A DNA stretch of 64,000 nt. Origin: Spirochaetia bacterium (lineage in GTDB: Bacteria > Spirochaetota > Spirochaetia > SZUA-6 > Bin103). The DNA is taken from NCBI GenBank assembly GCA_965199955.1, contig CBDATQ010000002.1:224001-288000 (forward strand). Direction: 5' to 3'. Position 1 is the stretch's first letter. Each line of letters starts with the position of its first letter. Below are positions 1-10,193 of the stretch, piece after piece. The notes beneath the pieces were generated by a model, which was not told the origin of the DNA, did no database searches, and was given only the letters and a program-made list of their open reading frames with translations. Both the position numbers and the translations under genes were made by a program.

Positions 1-224
1 CTCAGGATGTAGCCGTTGGCGTCGGGCACCGCGCCGCCCGGCCCCCAGCCGGTGTAGTACAGCCGGTAGCCGCCTGCGGGCAGCCGCACCACGTTCGGAG
101 TCAGGATGCTCAGTGAGTCCAGGGGCGAATCGGGGCCGATGCACGGCTCCGGGTCCTTCGTCCAGACGAGGCCGGGATCGAGCGCCTGGTAGTGCACGGC
201 CCGGGTACTGTCGAAGCGTTCCAT
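1..224 (-). CDS. Partial CDS running off the window edge; probable five-bladed beta-propeller glycoside-hydrolase-like protein
   Basis: Manual translation from ATG at 224: MERFDSTRAVHYQALDPGLVWTKDPEPCIGPDSPLDSLSILTPNVVRLPAGGYRLYYTGWGPGG; the WTK..P, PNVV and YRLYYTG pattern is typical of propeller blades. Not in the ORF track because it lacks a stop in the window. Confidence 0.6.
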   Translation of the reverse strand, partial: MERFDSTRAVHYQALDPGLVWTKDPEPCIGPDSPLDSLSILTPNVVRLPAGGYRLYYTGWGPGGAVPDANGYIL

Positions 225-260
225 CACGTCACCAAGGTACCACCTCGCATCAGCTACGGA

Positions 261-288
261 TTGACATGCCAGCCAGGGAAGGGAAAAT
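261..288 (+). promoter_or_regulatory. Putative sigma70 promoter for the ABC substrate-binding gene
   Basis: TTGACA (261-266), 16 nt, GAAAAT; downstream AGGAGG RBS before ATG 348/351. Confidence 0.4.
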
Positions 289-347
289 GGAGCATTCCAG
301 AGATCGTCAACGGACGCCGAAGACTGACCGTCATCGCAAGGAGGAGG

Positions 348-2306
348 ATGATGAAGAAGTTCTTGCCCGTGACCGCGATATTGGCGTTGCTGGTTGCCTT
401 TCCGGCCAGCAGCGAAGAGCACGTCGACCACGCCATCCCCTACAACCTCAGCGAGTACGAAGGGATGACGGGGACCACGCTGACCTTCAACGAGTCGCCG
501 GCGCTGGCCGCGCTCGTCGCTCAGGGCAGTCTGCCTCCCATCGCCGAGCGGCTGCCGCTGGAACCGCTGGTGGTGCAGCCGGTCGACGGGATCGGCACGT
601 ACGGCGGTACGCTGCGCCTTCCGAACACCGGCAAGGCCGCTACCAACTACATGATGGACTGGGGCTACGAGTTCCTGGTCTCGTACACCCCGGACATGGC
701 GCGGCTGTTCCCCCGGCTGATCGAGGGCTGGGACGTCAGCGCGGACGGCATGACCTTCACGCTGCACCTGCGCGAGGGCATGAAATGGAGCGACGGCGCC
801 CCGTTCACCGCCGACGACCTGATGTTCTACTTCGAGGACGTGGCGCTGAACACCGACCTCTCCCCGAGCCCCTCTTCCCGCATGCTGGTCGATGGGGTTC
901 CCGGCGTGCCCTCGAAGATCGACGACTACACCTTCCAGATGACGTTCCACAAGCCGTTCGGGGTGTTCATCGAGAACCTGGCCCGCTGGCGGCCCAACAA
1001 CTATCTGCCCAAGCACTACCTTGAGCAGTTCCACCCCACCTACACCGAGATGGCCACGATCGAAGCGACCATGAAGGCGGAGGGTTACGACACCTGGGTC
1101 AACCTCTTCAACTCCAAGATGGGCGGCCACCTGGATGCCTGGGGCATGCCCGAACGGCCGGTCCTGATGGCGTGGATCGCACAGAACTCGGTCAGCGAAC
1201 CGGTGCAGGTCATGGAACGCAACCCCTACTACTTCATGATCGACACTGCCGGCAATCAGCTTCCTTACATCGACCGCATGGAGCGGGTGCTCACCGAGGA
1301 CAAGGAGGCCCTGCTGCTCAAGACCATCGCCGGCGAGTTCGACTACAACAGCTGCTTCGACTGGGGCTGTTTCCCCAACCATCAGCTCGTGCTCGACAAC
1401 ATGGAGCGCGGCGACTACCGCATCGAGCAGCACTGGTGGCCGCCGGACAACCAGGGCAACGTGCGCTTCAACTTCCATCACGAGGACCCGGTGCTGAACG
1501 CGTTGCTCAACGACAAGCGGTTCCGCGTCGCCCTTTCGCTCGCCATCAACCGCGAGGAAGCCAACAGCCTGGTGTTCAAGGGACTTGCCACGCCGACCCA
1601 CACCGGGCTCCCCGAGGGTCCTCCCTTTCACGGTGAGAACCTGTTCAAGAGCCACCTGGATTTCGATCCGGCCCAGGCCAACGCGCTGCTGGATGAGATC
1701 GGCACGATCTCGGACCGCGACGGCGACGGCTTCCGGTTGCGCTCCGACGGCGAGCGCCTGCGCCTGGTGAATACCATCAACGTGCTGTGGCCGGAGACCG
1801 TGGAGCTGGCCGAGCTGTACCGGAACTACTGGAAGGAACTCGGCATCGAGGTGGTCAGCAAGCCGATCGAACAGGGCATGGCGTCCGCGACGATCGAGTC
1901 CGGCCAGTACGACGTTTTCACCGCTACCGGACAGCACGGCGGCAGGCCGATGAATCCGCTGTTCCGCGCTTCGCTGGTGCCGATTTCCGAGCGCTGGGGA
2001 ACCGCGCCGCAGTGGGGTTCCTGGATCGTGAGCGGCGGTGAGAAGGGATCGGAACCGCCCGAGGACGTGAAGACCATCATGCGCCTGCGCGAAGAGGCGC
2101 TCGCCTCCGGCGACGAGCAGGTGAGAATCGCCAAGACCATCGAGATCGCCGAGATCTGGGACGACAACCTGTGGATGGTCGGCGGCTTCAACATGCCGAT
2201 GCAAGCGCAGTACTGGGTGGTCAACAACCGCATCAGGAACTGGCCCAGGAACAGCAACTACAACATCTGTTACGAGATGCTGGCGCCGATCTACATCGAC
2301 CAGTAG
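348..2306 (+). CDS. ABC transporter substrate-binding protein, family 5 (DppA/OppA-like)
   Basis: Signal peptide MKKFLPVTAILALLVAFPA; LPPIAERLP, GTYGGTLR, LREGMKWSDGAPFTADD, ERNPYYF..D..GNQLPYID, RFRVALSLAINR; AGGAGG RBS. Confidence 0.95.
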   Translation: MMKKFLPVTAILALLVAFPASSEEHVDHAIPYNLSEYEGMTGTTLTFNESPALAALVAQGSLPPIAERLPLEPLVVQPVDGIGTYGGTLRLPNTGKAATNYMMDWGYEFLVSYTPDMARLFPRLIEGWDVSADGMTFTLHLREGMKWSDGAPFTADDLMFYFEDVALNTDLSPSPSSRMLVDGVPGVPSKIDDYTFQMTFHKPFGVFIENLARWRPNNYLPKHYLEQFHPTYTEMATIEATMKAEGYDTWVNLFNSKMGGHLDAWGMPERPVLMAWIAQNSVSEPVQVMERNPYYFMIDTAGNQLPYIDRMERVLTEDKEALLLKTIAGEFDYNSCFDWGCFPNHQLVLDNMERGDYRIEQHWWPPDNQGNVRFNFHHEDPVLNALLNDKRFRVALSLAINREEANSLVFKGLATPTHTGLPEGPPFHGENLFKSHLDFDPAQANALLDEIGTISDRDGDGFRLRSDGERLRLVNTINVLWPETVELAELYRNYWKELGIEVVSKPIEQGMASATIESGQYDVFTATGQHGGRPMNPLFRASLVPISERWGTAPQWGSWIVSGGEKGSEPPEDVKTIMRLREEALASGDEQVRIAKTIEIAEIWDDNLWMVGGFNMPMQAQYWVVNNRIRNWPRNSNYNICYEMLAPIYIDQ

Positions 2307-2312
2307 CGCTGA

Positions 2313-2344
2313 GGAGGGCTCCCCGGCCGGCGGGGAGCCCCTCC
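2313..2344 (+). terminator. GC-rich stem-loop after the SBP gene (mRNA stabiliser or attenuating terminator)
   Basis: GGGCTCCCCG-GCCGG-CGGGGAGCCC perfect 10-bp stem, no U-tract. Confidence 0.6.
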
Positions 2345-2370
2345 CCACTGGCGGCCGGAGGCCCGCTTCG

Positions 2371-3381
2371 ATGCATGATGGCGCGGTGGCGAAGGACGAT
2401 GCGCTGCTCAGCGTACGCGATCTCAAGACGTACTTCTTCTCGCGCGAGGGCACGCTGAAGGCCGTCGACGGCGTGTCGTTCGACCTGCAACGCGGCGAGA
2501 CGCTCGGCATCGCCGGGGAGAGCGGCTGCGGCAAGAGCGTCACGGCGCAGTCCATCCTTCGCATCGTCCCGCGCAACGGCCGCATCGTGAGCGGCGAGAT
2601 CCTGCTGCGCACGGAAGCGGGCGTGGTGGATCTTGCCAAGCTGGACTGGAAGGGCAGGCAGGTACGGAGCATCCGCGGGGCCGAGGTGTCGATGGTGTTC
2701 CAGGAGCCGATGACCGCCTTCAGCCTGGTCTACACCATCGGCAACCAGATCATGGAGGCGATCCGCCTGCACCAGGAGTGCGACAAACGCACCGCGCGGG
2801 AGCGCGCCGTCGAGATGCTGCGGCGCGCCGGCATGCCGAACCCCGACCAGACCATCGACGCCTATCCCTTCGCCATCAGCGGCGGCATGCGGCAGCGGGC
2901 GATGATCGCCATGGCGCTCTCCTGCCATCCCAGCCTGCTGATCGCCGACGAGCCCACCACCGCGGTGGACGTGACGATCCAGGCCCAGGTCCTGGAGTTG
3001 ATGAAGGAGCTGCAGCACGAGCTGAACATGTCCCTTATCATCATCACCCACGACCTGGCGGTGATCGCCGAGCTGTGCGACCGGGTGATGGTCATGTACT
3101 TGGGACGGGACGTGGAGTCGGCGCCGGTGGAGACGATCTTCCGCGCTCCGAAACATCCCTACACGGTCGGCCTGCTGAACTCGATCCCGCGCCTGGGCGA
3201 GGGCTCGGCCCACGAGATCGAGGCGATCGGCGGCAGCGTCCCCAGCCCCTACGAAATGCCGGCCGGATGCCCGTTTCACCCCCGCTGTGCCCACGTCCTG
3301 GAGGATCGGTGTGCGCAGGCGTTCCCCAGCTCCGCGGAGGTGGGACCGGGCCACACCACGAGCTGCTACCTCTACCACTGA
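2371..3381 (+). CDS. Peptide ABC transporter ATP-binding protein (DppD/OppD-like)
   Basis: Walker [31 protein letters not shown]-terminal GCPFHPRC domain. Confidence 0.95.
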   Translation: MHDGAVAKDDALLSVRDLKTYFFSREGTLKAVDGVSFDLQRGETLGIAGESGCGKSVTAQSILRIVPRNGRIVSGEILLRTEAGVVDLAKLDWKGRQVRSIRGAEVSMVFQEPMTAFSLVYTIGNQIMEAIRLHQECDKRTARERAVEMLRRAGMPNPDQTIDAYPFAISGGMRQRAMIAMALSCHPSLLIADEPTTAVDVTIQAQVLELMKELQHELNMSLIIITHDLAVIAELCDRVMVMYLGRDVESAPVETIFRAPKHPYTVGLLNSIPRLGEGSAHEIEAIGGSVPSPYEMPAGCPFHPRCAHVLEDRCAQAFPSSAEVGPGHTTSCYLYH

Positions 3382-3389
3382 AGGCGCGC

Positions 3390-4472
3390 ATGGAGAGCGA
3401 GAAACTCCTCGAAGTCATCGCCCTGGTGAAGCACTTCCCGGTGACGCGGGGCCTGCTGCGCAGCACCGTCAACGTGGTACGCGCCGTGGACGGGATCAGC
3501 TTCTTCGTGCGCCGCGGCGAGGTCCTGGGGCTGGTCGGGGAGAGCGGCTGCGGCAAGACCACGACCGGCAGATGCATCATCCGCGCCCTGGACCCCACGT
3601 CCGGATCGGTCCGCTTCAGCGTCGACGGCGGCGACCCGATCGACGTCGCGAGCCTGGAGGAGGCGCAGCTCAAGAGCGTCTGGCGCCACATGAGCATGAT
3701 CTTCCAGGACCCCTACTCGTCGCTCAATCCGCGCATGAACATCCTGGAGACGGTGGGAGAGCCGTTGCTCACGCACGCCATCGTGCGCCGCAAGAACGAG
3801 CTCGAGGAGAGAGTGGCGCGGCTGCTGCGGGACGTCAGCCTCGATCCCGAGTACATGCGGCGCTATCCGCACGCCTTCTCAGGCGGCCAGCGGCAGAGGA
3901 TCGCGATAGCGCGGGCCCTGGCGCTGAGCCCGAGGTTCATCGTCGCCGACGAGCCGGTGTCAGCCCTCGACGTCTCCGTGCAGGCACAGATCCTCAAGCT
4001 GATGCAGGAATTGAAGCAGCGCTTCCACCTGACCTACCTGTTCATCGCCCACAACCTGGCGGTGGTGGAATACGTGAGTCAGCGCGTCGCCGTGATGTAC
4101 GTGGGGAAGGTCGTGGAGCTTGGCGACACCGACGAGATTTTCCTCCGTCCCCTGCACCCCTACACCGAGGCGCTGCTCTCCGCAGTGCCGAAGACGGAGC
4201 CGGAGTCTCGCCACGAGAGGCGGCGCATCGTCCTCACCGGTGACGTCGCCGACCCGGCCAACCCTCCGGCGGGCTGCTACTTCCATCCGCGCTGCCCGTA
4301 CGCGGAGGAGATCTGCAGGCGCGAGGAGCCGCCGCTCGTGAACCGCGGGGACCAGGCGGAACGCCCGCACTTCGTCGCCTGCCACTTCGCCGACAGCCTG
4401 TCGCTCGCCGGCATCAAGCGGGCGCAGCGCCGCACCCGGTACACGATCGGAGAGCACACAACCGGAACCTGA
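3390..4472 (+). CDS. Peptide ABC transporter ATP-binding protein (DppF/OppF-like)
   Basis: Start [53 protein letters not shown]. Confidence 0.95.
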   Translation: MESEKLLEVIALVKHFPVTRGLLRSTVNVVRAVDGISFFVRRGEVLGLVGESGCGKTTTGRCIIRALDPTSGSVRFSVDGGDPIDVASLEEAQLKSVWRHMSMIFQDPYSSLNPRMNILETVGEPLLTHAIVRRKNELEERVARLLRDVSLDPEYMRRYPHAFSGGQRQRIAIARALALSPRFIVADEPVSALDVSVQAQILKLMQELKQRFHLTYLFIAHNLAVVEYVSQRVAVMYVGKVVELGDTDEIFLRPLHPYTEALLSAVPKTEPESRHERRRIVLTGDVADPANPPAGCYFHPRCPYAEEICRREEPPLVNRGDQAERPHFVACHFADSLSLAGIKRAQRRTRYTIGEHTTGT

Positions 4473-4493
4473 TTCGCCGGCCGGCAGGACCCG

Positions 4494-5945
4494 TCAGCGC
4501 GCAGCCGTGAAGCGAAAGCTGTACAGCTCGGCGTCCCGCAGGTGGAAGCGCAACGACACGGGAGTGTCCCGCAGCGCCCCCAGCGATCTGCCACCGGTCC
4601 AGCGCACCACGTGGCGCACGCTGTCCGTGCTGATGGGGACACACTCGCTGCTGCCGAACCCGGCCACGGCCGCGCCGTCGAGGTCCAGCACCTCCACCTT
4701 CACCAGGCCGCCGCGGGTACCGGCGTTCACCACCAGCGCGTCGTCGGCGACGATCAGGGGCCTGGTGGTGAGCGTTCCGCCGTCGGCGCCGGCGTCGAGC
4801 GAGACGAAGCCGTCCAGGCGCAGCCGGCCCAGGCCCAGCGCCCCGCCGCGGCGCGGCTCGTCGCTGCCCCACGGCTCCTTGTACCAGTAGGAGCCGTGGT
4901 CTCCATCGTGCCCGTCGTAGTAGATCAACACCTCGTCGCCGACCACGAGCGGCCGGCCGGCGGCATGGATGTAGCCGCAGTCGAAGCTCTCCTGAGGGCC
5001 GATCGGGATCAGCGGCATGCGGCTGAAGGCGCGCTCCCAGGCGACCCCGTCGCGGCTGTGCACCAGTTGTCCGTGAATGCCGCCGTAGTTGGTGCCGCCG
5101 GGCACCTTGCCGGTCACCCGGAACACCCACAGCACCCCCAGGTACATGCCGGCGTACGGGAACCCGCAGAGCCCGTAGAACTCGGTGTGGTGCCCGGGAC
5201 GGCCCAGGGTCCAGCCTTCGTCCTGATCGTCCGGGGCCAGAATCAGTTGCGGGTCGCTCCAATGCATGAAGTCGGGGCTGGTGCCGCGTCCCACCAGCCG
5301 GCGCCGGTGCCCCTCGTACTCGTCGTGCACCTTGGCGAAGCTGACGTACTGCCGCGCGCGTTCGTCGTAGATGGTGGGCGCAACGTCGCCGGTGATGGGC
5401 CACACCGGGTTGCCGGGCGCATCGGTCCACTGGATCCCGTCGGGCGAGAAGGCGGCCTGGTAGCCGCCGGTGACCCAGGCCAGCATCTTGTAGCGCCGCC
5501 GCGCGTCGGGCTCCCGGTCGGGGCCCGTGTGCACCACGCCCTGCAGCCAGCGTCCGCTGTCGATCGCGTTGCTGGGTTGCGACCCGCCGCACTCGATCAG
5601 CCCGAGATCGGGCTTGTCCCAGTTGATCCCGTCCGCGGAGGTGGCGTAGCAGGAGCGGATCTCGAACCGGGACTTGGCTCCCGGGGCGGCGCGGGCGTCC
5701 TGGTTGTCGCCGCACAGGTACCAGGTCTTGAACCGCTGCTCCTCCGCGTCCCAGAGCACGCTGGTGTACTCGATCGAGGTCCCCTCACAGGGGAGCTCGG
5801 GGCGCAGCACCGGGTTGGCCGGGTCCTTCTCCACCGCGTGCAGGCGCCGGGTGAGCCGCTCCGTCGTGGCGACCACGTGGTCGTCCACGAACAACTGCGA
5901 TTCCTCGCCCACGTTCAGGATGTCGGTCGTTGCGGGTCTCGGCAT
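4494..5945 (-). CDS. Uncharacterised glycoside-hydrolase-like beta-propeller protein with C-terminal beta-sandwich
   Basis: QLFVDD N-terminus, repeated SADGINW/SPDGIQW/SPDFMHW/SRDGVAW motifs, LRLDGFVSL; GGAGG RBS; follows the permeases. Confidence 0.7.
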   Translation of the reverse strand: MPRPATTDILNVGEESQLFVDDHVVATTERLTRRLHAVEKDPANPVLRPELPCEGTSIEYTSVLWDAEEQRFKTWYLCGDNQDARAAPGAKSRFEIRSCYATSADGINWDKPDLGLIECGGSQPSNAIDSGRWLQGVVHTGPDREPDARRRYKMLAWVTGGYQAAFSPDGIQWTDAPGNPVWPITGDVAPTIYDERARQYVSFAKVHDEYEGHRRRLVGRGTSPDFMHWSDPQLILAPDDQDEGWTLGRPGHHTEFYGLCGFPYAGMYLGVLWVFRVTGKVPGGTNYGGIHGQLVHSRDGVAWERAFSRMPLIPIGPQESFDCGYIHAAGRPLVVGDEVLIYYDGHDGDHGSYWYKEPWGSDEPRRGGALGLGRLRLDGFVSLDAGADGGTLTTRPLIVADDALVVNAGTRGGLVKVEVLDLDGAAVAGFGSSECVPISTDSVRHVVRWTGGRSLGALRDTPVSLRFHLRDAELYSFRFTAAR

Positions 5946-5961
5946 GTTCCTCCCTCCAGTT

Positions 5962-7107
5962 TCACACGGCCGTATAGGGATCCGCCGCGTCCCGCAGGCC
6001 GTCGCCCACGAAGTTGAACGCCAGGATCGCGACGATCACGAAGATGCTCGGCGTCAGCAGCCACGGGGCGTTGGCCAGCACCCGGATGTGCTGCGCTTCC
6101 TTGAGCAGCACGCCCCAACTGATCGCCGGCGGCTGCAGCCCCAGCCCGATGAAGCTGAGCGCTGTCTCGCCGATGATCATGCCCGGGATCGACAGCGTGA
6201 GCGAGGCGATGACGTAGCTGTAGAACGAGGGCAGCAGGTGGCGCGCGATGATGCGCCCCCTGCTGCAGCCGTTCAGCCGCGCCGCCTGCACGAAGTCTTC
6301 TTCTTTCAGCGACAGGAAGCGCCCCCGTACCACGCGGGCGAGGTCGGTCCAGCCGACCAGCGAGAGGATGATCACGATGCCGAAATAGACCTTGATGATC
6401 GACCAGTACGGCGGCAGCGCCAGGCTCAGCGCCATCCACAGCGGTAGCGTCGGGATCGAGCGAATGAACTCGATGATCCGCTGGATCGTCATGTCCGCCA
6501 GGCCTCCGAAGTACCCGGAGATGCCCCCGATCAGGATGCCCAGCACGAAGCTGATGGCGATGCCGACCAGCCCGATGGTGAGCGAGATTCTGCCGCCGTA
6601 GATGACGCGCGTCAGCAGGTCGCGCCCCATCTTGTCGGCGCCGAGCAGGAACAGGGTTCCTTCGCGTACGCCGAACAGATGAACGTGCGACTCGAACAGC
6701 CCCCACATTCGGTACGGATCGCCTTTCACGAAGAGTGCCAGCGGATGCCTGGCCGAGGTATCGACCTCGAACACCAGCGCCAGCCGTACCGGATCGACCT
6801 CGGACTTCAAACCGTACACGAACGGCCGCAGGTGCAGGCGTCCCTGGTCATCGATGAAGCGCAGCCGTTGCGGAGGGGCGTGCAGATACTTCGCGTCGTT
6901 GTGGTAGGGATCGTAGGGCGCCACGAACTCGGCGAAGACCACGACCAGGTAGAATACCCCCAGAATCACCAGGGCAATCACGGCCATCTTGTGACGCAGG
7001 AAGCGCCAGACCGTGAGCTGCAACTGGGACGCCACGACGTATCGTTGGTCCCGCGGAAGCCGTGTTTTTCGACGGCTTCGGGGGTCTCCCATGACCGTCT
7101 TGCTCAT
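5962..7107 (-). CDS. Peptide ABC transporter permease (DppC/OppC-like)
   Basis: WRFLRHKMA, LLGADKMGRD, ARVVRGRFLSLKEEDFVQAA, ETALSFIGLG, GDGLRDAADPY. Confidence 0.95.
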   Translation of the reverse strand: MSKTVMGDPRSRRKTRLPRDQRYVVASQLQLTVWRFLRHKMAVIALVILGVFYLVVVFAEFVAPYDPYHNDAKYLHAPPQRLRFIDDQGRLHLRPFVYGLKSEVDPVRLALVFEVDTSARHPLALFVKGDPYRMWGLFESHVHLFGVREGTLFLLGADKMGRDLLTRVIYGGRISLTIGLVGIAISFVLGILIGGISGYFGGLADMTIQRIIEFIRSIPTLPLWMALSLALPPYWSIIKVYFGIVIILSLVGWTDLARVVRGRFLSLKEEDFVQAARLNGCSRGRIIARHLLPSFYSYVIASLTLSIPGMIIGETALSFIGLGLQPPAISWGVLLKEAQHIRVLANAPWLLTPSIFVIVAILAFNFVGDGLRDAADPYTAV

Positions 7108-8090
7108 ACGGATCCGCGCACTCTCGGATCCAGGAACGCCAGCAGGATATCGGAGAGCAGCGTGCCGATCACGGTCAGTACGCTGAGCACGAAGACGATG
7201 CTCCCCGCCAGGAACATGTCCTGAAACCTCAGGGAAGTAAGGAATATGGGGGCGAGCGTCGGAATCCCGAGCACCATCGACGTCAGCAGCTCGCCGCTCA
7301 CCAGCGTCGGCAGCGTCCAGCCGAGCGTGCTGATCGCCGGGTTGATGGCGATGCGGAACGGATACTTGTACACCACCTTCTGCTCCGACAGGCCCTTGGA
7401 GCGGGCCACCATCACGTACTGCTTGTTGAGCTCGTCGAGCAGGTTTGCCCGCAGCGTACGGATCAGGAACGCGGTGCCCGCCGTGCCCACGATCAGGGCC
7501 GGCATCCACACGTGCTTGAGCAGATCGAGCAGCTTGGCGAAGCTCCACGGAGCAAGCTGATACTCCGGCGAGAACAAGCCCACGGCGACGTTGCCGGAGA
7601 GCTGATAGTAGCCCCAGAGGAGGACCAGAGCGAACAGGAAGTTGGGTATGGCAAGCCCCAGGAAACCGATCACGGTGAAGATGTAGTCGCGCGCCGAGTA
7701 TTGATGGACGGCCGAGATCATCCCCACCGGAAGCCCGACCAGGTAGACGATGAACAATGCCGCCAGCGAGATGGTGACGCTCCACGGCAGCCGTTCGAGG
7801 ATGAGCTCCGTTACCGGCCTGTTGTAGACCATGGAGAGGCCCATGTTGCCGCGGAGCATGCTGCGCAGCCACTTGAAGTACTGAACCGAGAGCGGTTGAT
7901 CCAGGCCCCAGCGCACCCGTAGCGCCTGCGCCTGGTCGTCGGCCACCTGCTCGCCGCGGGATTCGAGCTGGCCGATGTACACGGTGAGGAAGTCGCCCGG
8001 CGGTGCCTGAATGACGAGGAAGGCGACGATGGACACCGCCAGCAGCGTCGGAATGATGATCAGAACGCGCCGCAAGAGGTAGATCAGCAT
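7104..8090 (-). CDS. Peptide ABC transporter permease (DppB/OppB-like)
   Basis: MLIYLLRR, PPGD, GLDQPLSVQYFKW, RANLLDEL..QYV..ARSKGL, DPRVR. Confidence 0.95.
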   Translation of the reverse strand: MLIYLLRRVLIIIPTLLAVSIVAFLVIQAPPGDFLTVYIGQLESRGEQVADDQAQALRVRWGLDQPLSVQYFKWLRSMLRGNMGLSMVYNRPVTELILERLPWSVTISLAALFIVYLVGLPVGMISAVHQYSARDYIFTVIGFLGLAIPNFLFALVLLWGYYQLSGNVAVGLFSPEYQLAPWSFAKLLDLLKHVWMPALIVGTAGTAFLIRTLRANLLDELNKQYVMVARSKGLSEQKVVYKYPFRIAINPAISTLGWTLPTLVSGELLTSMVLGIPTLAPIFLTSLRFQDMFLAGSIVFVLSVLTVIGTLLSDILLAFLDPRVRGSV

Positions 8091-8098
8091 CCTCCACC

Positions 8099-8127
8099 AT
8101 GGTTTCGGGGCAGCAGATCATTGTCAA
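8099..8127 (-). promoter_or_regulatory. Putative promoter for the dppB-dppC-hydrolase unit
   Basis: Minus strand TTGACA, 17 nt, AACCAT, 8 nt upstream of ATG 8090. Confidence 0.4.
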
Positions 8128-8388
8128 CGGACGCACGACATCCGCCCGCAGCGCGCGGCTCCCGGCATCCGGGATTCACGGCGCCGCCTACCCGCCTGGA
8201 TTCGAGATCGTCGCCGACATCCCGTCGCCCGGTGCCTGGGGCATCGTCGTCCGCGCGCCCTGGCACAGTACGGCTACGACACCACCAAGTGGTAGCCTGA
8301 CCCCGGCTCGGATTAACCGGACACCATAGAGCGGCAGCGACGGCCCGATCTACTCGATGCTGCTGCTCGTCGTTGGCGCTGGTGTTGC

Positions 8389-9363
8389 AATTACGATACG
8401 TACGTTCGTGGCTGCAAGAACGGAGAGCTCAAAGTCGGGAGGATGTTCGTTACGCGGAATGAGGAGTTCTTCGGGCCGAGGTGGATCATCAATTTCCCTA
8501 CCAAGAAGGGATGGCGTGCCAATAGCAGACTGGAGTGGATCGAAGATGGTCTGCGGGATCTCGTCCGAACCATCGAGGAGAAGAGGATCAAGTCCATCGC
8601 GATTCCGCCCCTTGGGTGCGGCAATGGAGGTCTCGACTGGCACGACGTACGACCGCTGATCGAGGCTGCGATAGAAGGGATCGACGACCTCGAGGCAGTG
8701 GTCTACGAACCGACTGGAGAGTACCAGAACGTGGCGAAGCAGAGGGGTGTAGAGAAGCTGACACCGGCTCGGGCGCTGGTCGCGGAGATGGTGCGCCGCT
8801 ACTGCGTGATGGGAATCGATTGCTCGATCCTCGAAGTGCAGAAGCTCGCGTGGTTTCTCGAGCGAGGCTGCACTTTGCTCGCGGCAGGAGATCCGTTCAA
8901 GTTCGACTTCAAGGCTGACAAATACGGTCCGTACTCCGATAGGCTTCGAATGTTGCTCGACAACTTGGACGGCAGCTACCTGCGGTGCGAAAGGAGGCTC
9001 GCCGACGCGCGCCCGCGGGATCTGATCTGGTTCAACGAGGTCAAGAAAGATCTTGTGGCGGACTACCTGAGTACCGGCGACGGTCATGCATACGCTAGCG
9101 TGTTGGAGTGGACTTCCGTGACCATTGATGGCTTCGAGTCGCCTCTTGGCATGGAGCTATTGGCGACCGTTGATTGGCTGATACAAGAGGAAGGTGTGGA
9201 CCCGACGATCGCGAGGGTTCTGGAGGGGCTGCGCAATTGGCCGGCGGGTGCGAAGGCGGCCGAGCGCAAGGTGCGGATCCTCGATAGGCGACTGGTCGAC
9301 GTCGCGCTGCATCAACTCTCGCAAGTGGAAGAGAAGTCCTCGGTCAGACGGTTGGCTCCTTGA
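8389..9363 (+). pseudogene. darG: DarG-like macrodomain ADP-ribosylglycohydrolase antitoxin, N-terminally truncated; no darT adjacent
   Basis: NYDTYVRGCKNGELKVGRMFV, WIINFPTK..WR..S, SIAIPPLGCGNGGLDW..V, LEVQKLAWFL, YGPYS, GFESPLGMELLATVDW. The N-terminal NTVNCVGVMGKGIA segment is absent. Codon usage is visibly less GC-rich than neighbours. Confidence 0.8.
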
Positions 9364-9451
9364 GAGTCTGCGGGTGGTGGGGGTTGGCTGCGGACTCAAG
9401 TCGCTGTGCTGATCCATTATGACGATTGAAGGCGCAACGCAGGCCGTACCG

Positions 9452-9691
9452 TCAAGCGCGGGCGATCTCGGCCTTGAGCGCGACTATCTCGCTTTCGATC
9501 TCCACGTCGTCCCGCAGTTCGCGGTCGGCGCGCCGGTACCAGTAGCCGGCGTTGGAGCGATCGCCCTCCATCAGGTGGACGATGCCGTGCGCCCAGCTCG
9601 CGAGCTGCGAGGAGTCTTTCTGGACGATGGTGTGAGCCGCCTGCCAGTCTCCGTCCTCGATCAACCGCACTGCATCGTCAAGGGTAGCCAT
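9452..9691 (-). CDS. Small conserved hypothetical protein
   Basis: 79 aa with WQAAHTIVQ and WAHGIVHLMEGD..NAGYWYRRA, a motif I recognise from a conserved small-protein family; TAACAT -10 box 6 nt before ATG. Confidence 0.75.
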   Translation of the reverse strand: MATLDDAVRLIEDGDWQAAHTIVQKDSSQLASWAHGIVHLMEGDRSNAGYWYRRADRELRDDVEIESEIVALKAEIARA

Positions 9692-9700
9692 GAGCCGATG

Positions 9701-10090
9701 TTACACGGTTTCGAGCGGCATCGAACACGCGCTACGTCCGGGGCCGGTATCCGCGTGGCTCGCTGCCCTTGCCGTGTAGACCCCGTCCACGCCGCTCGCC
9801 CAATGATTGGCGGCGCACGCGCTGATCATCTCGGCGTCAAGCCGCCGCCTGGGCTGAGTGCCGTAGTCGAGGGCGCTGACGTCGAGGTGGCCGGTGTGAC
9901 CGGCCCGATACGCCTCCTCGATTCCCGCGTAGATCCGCACCGGCGTGTCGTGCGCGAGCTCGACCCACTCCGTCATGTCGGCGCCGAAGTCGGTACAGAA
10001 GAAGCAGCGGCTGGCCGTGCCGCCGTCGTCGTTCCACATGACGCGGTAGCGGCGCCGCAGCCGGCTGGATGAGCTGCTCATGGAGCGCAT
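9701..10090 (-). pseudogene. Internally deleted remnant of a TIM-barrel (GHL10-like) glycoside hydrolase
   Basis: N-terminal RRRYRVMWNDDG joined almost directly to C-terminal-type EWVELAH..VRIYAGIE and AANHWASGVDGVYT; central region missing. Confidence 0.45.
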
Positions 10091-10193
10091 GGTATCAAGG
10101 CCGGCGACATCGCCCTGGTCCACATGCACGGCCGCTTGCCTGCTGCACGCTGGGCGGGCATGGTGAGGCGCGGAGATCGCTGCGGACGCACGA

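Noticed and set aside
5962..8136. Long apparent fusion ORFs in the track (also 2778-4472, 18043-19740, 30050-31978, 37601-39559, 44958-46829, 58517-61141)
   Set aside because: The N-terminal extensions are off-frame readings of upstream genes in stop-poor high-GC DNA; real starts lie downstream with an RBS or a stop/start overlap.
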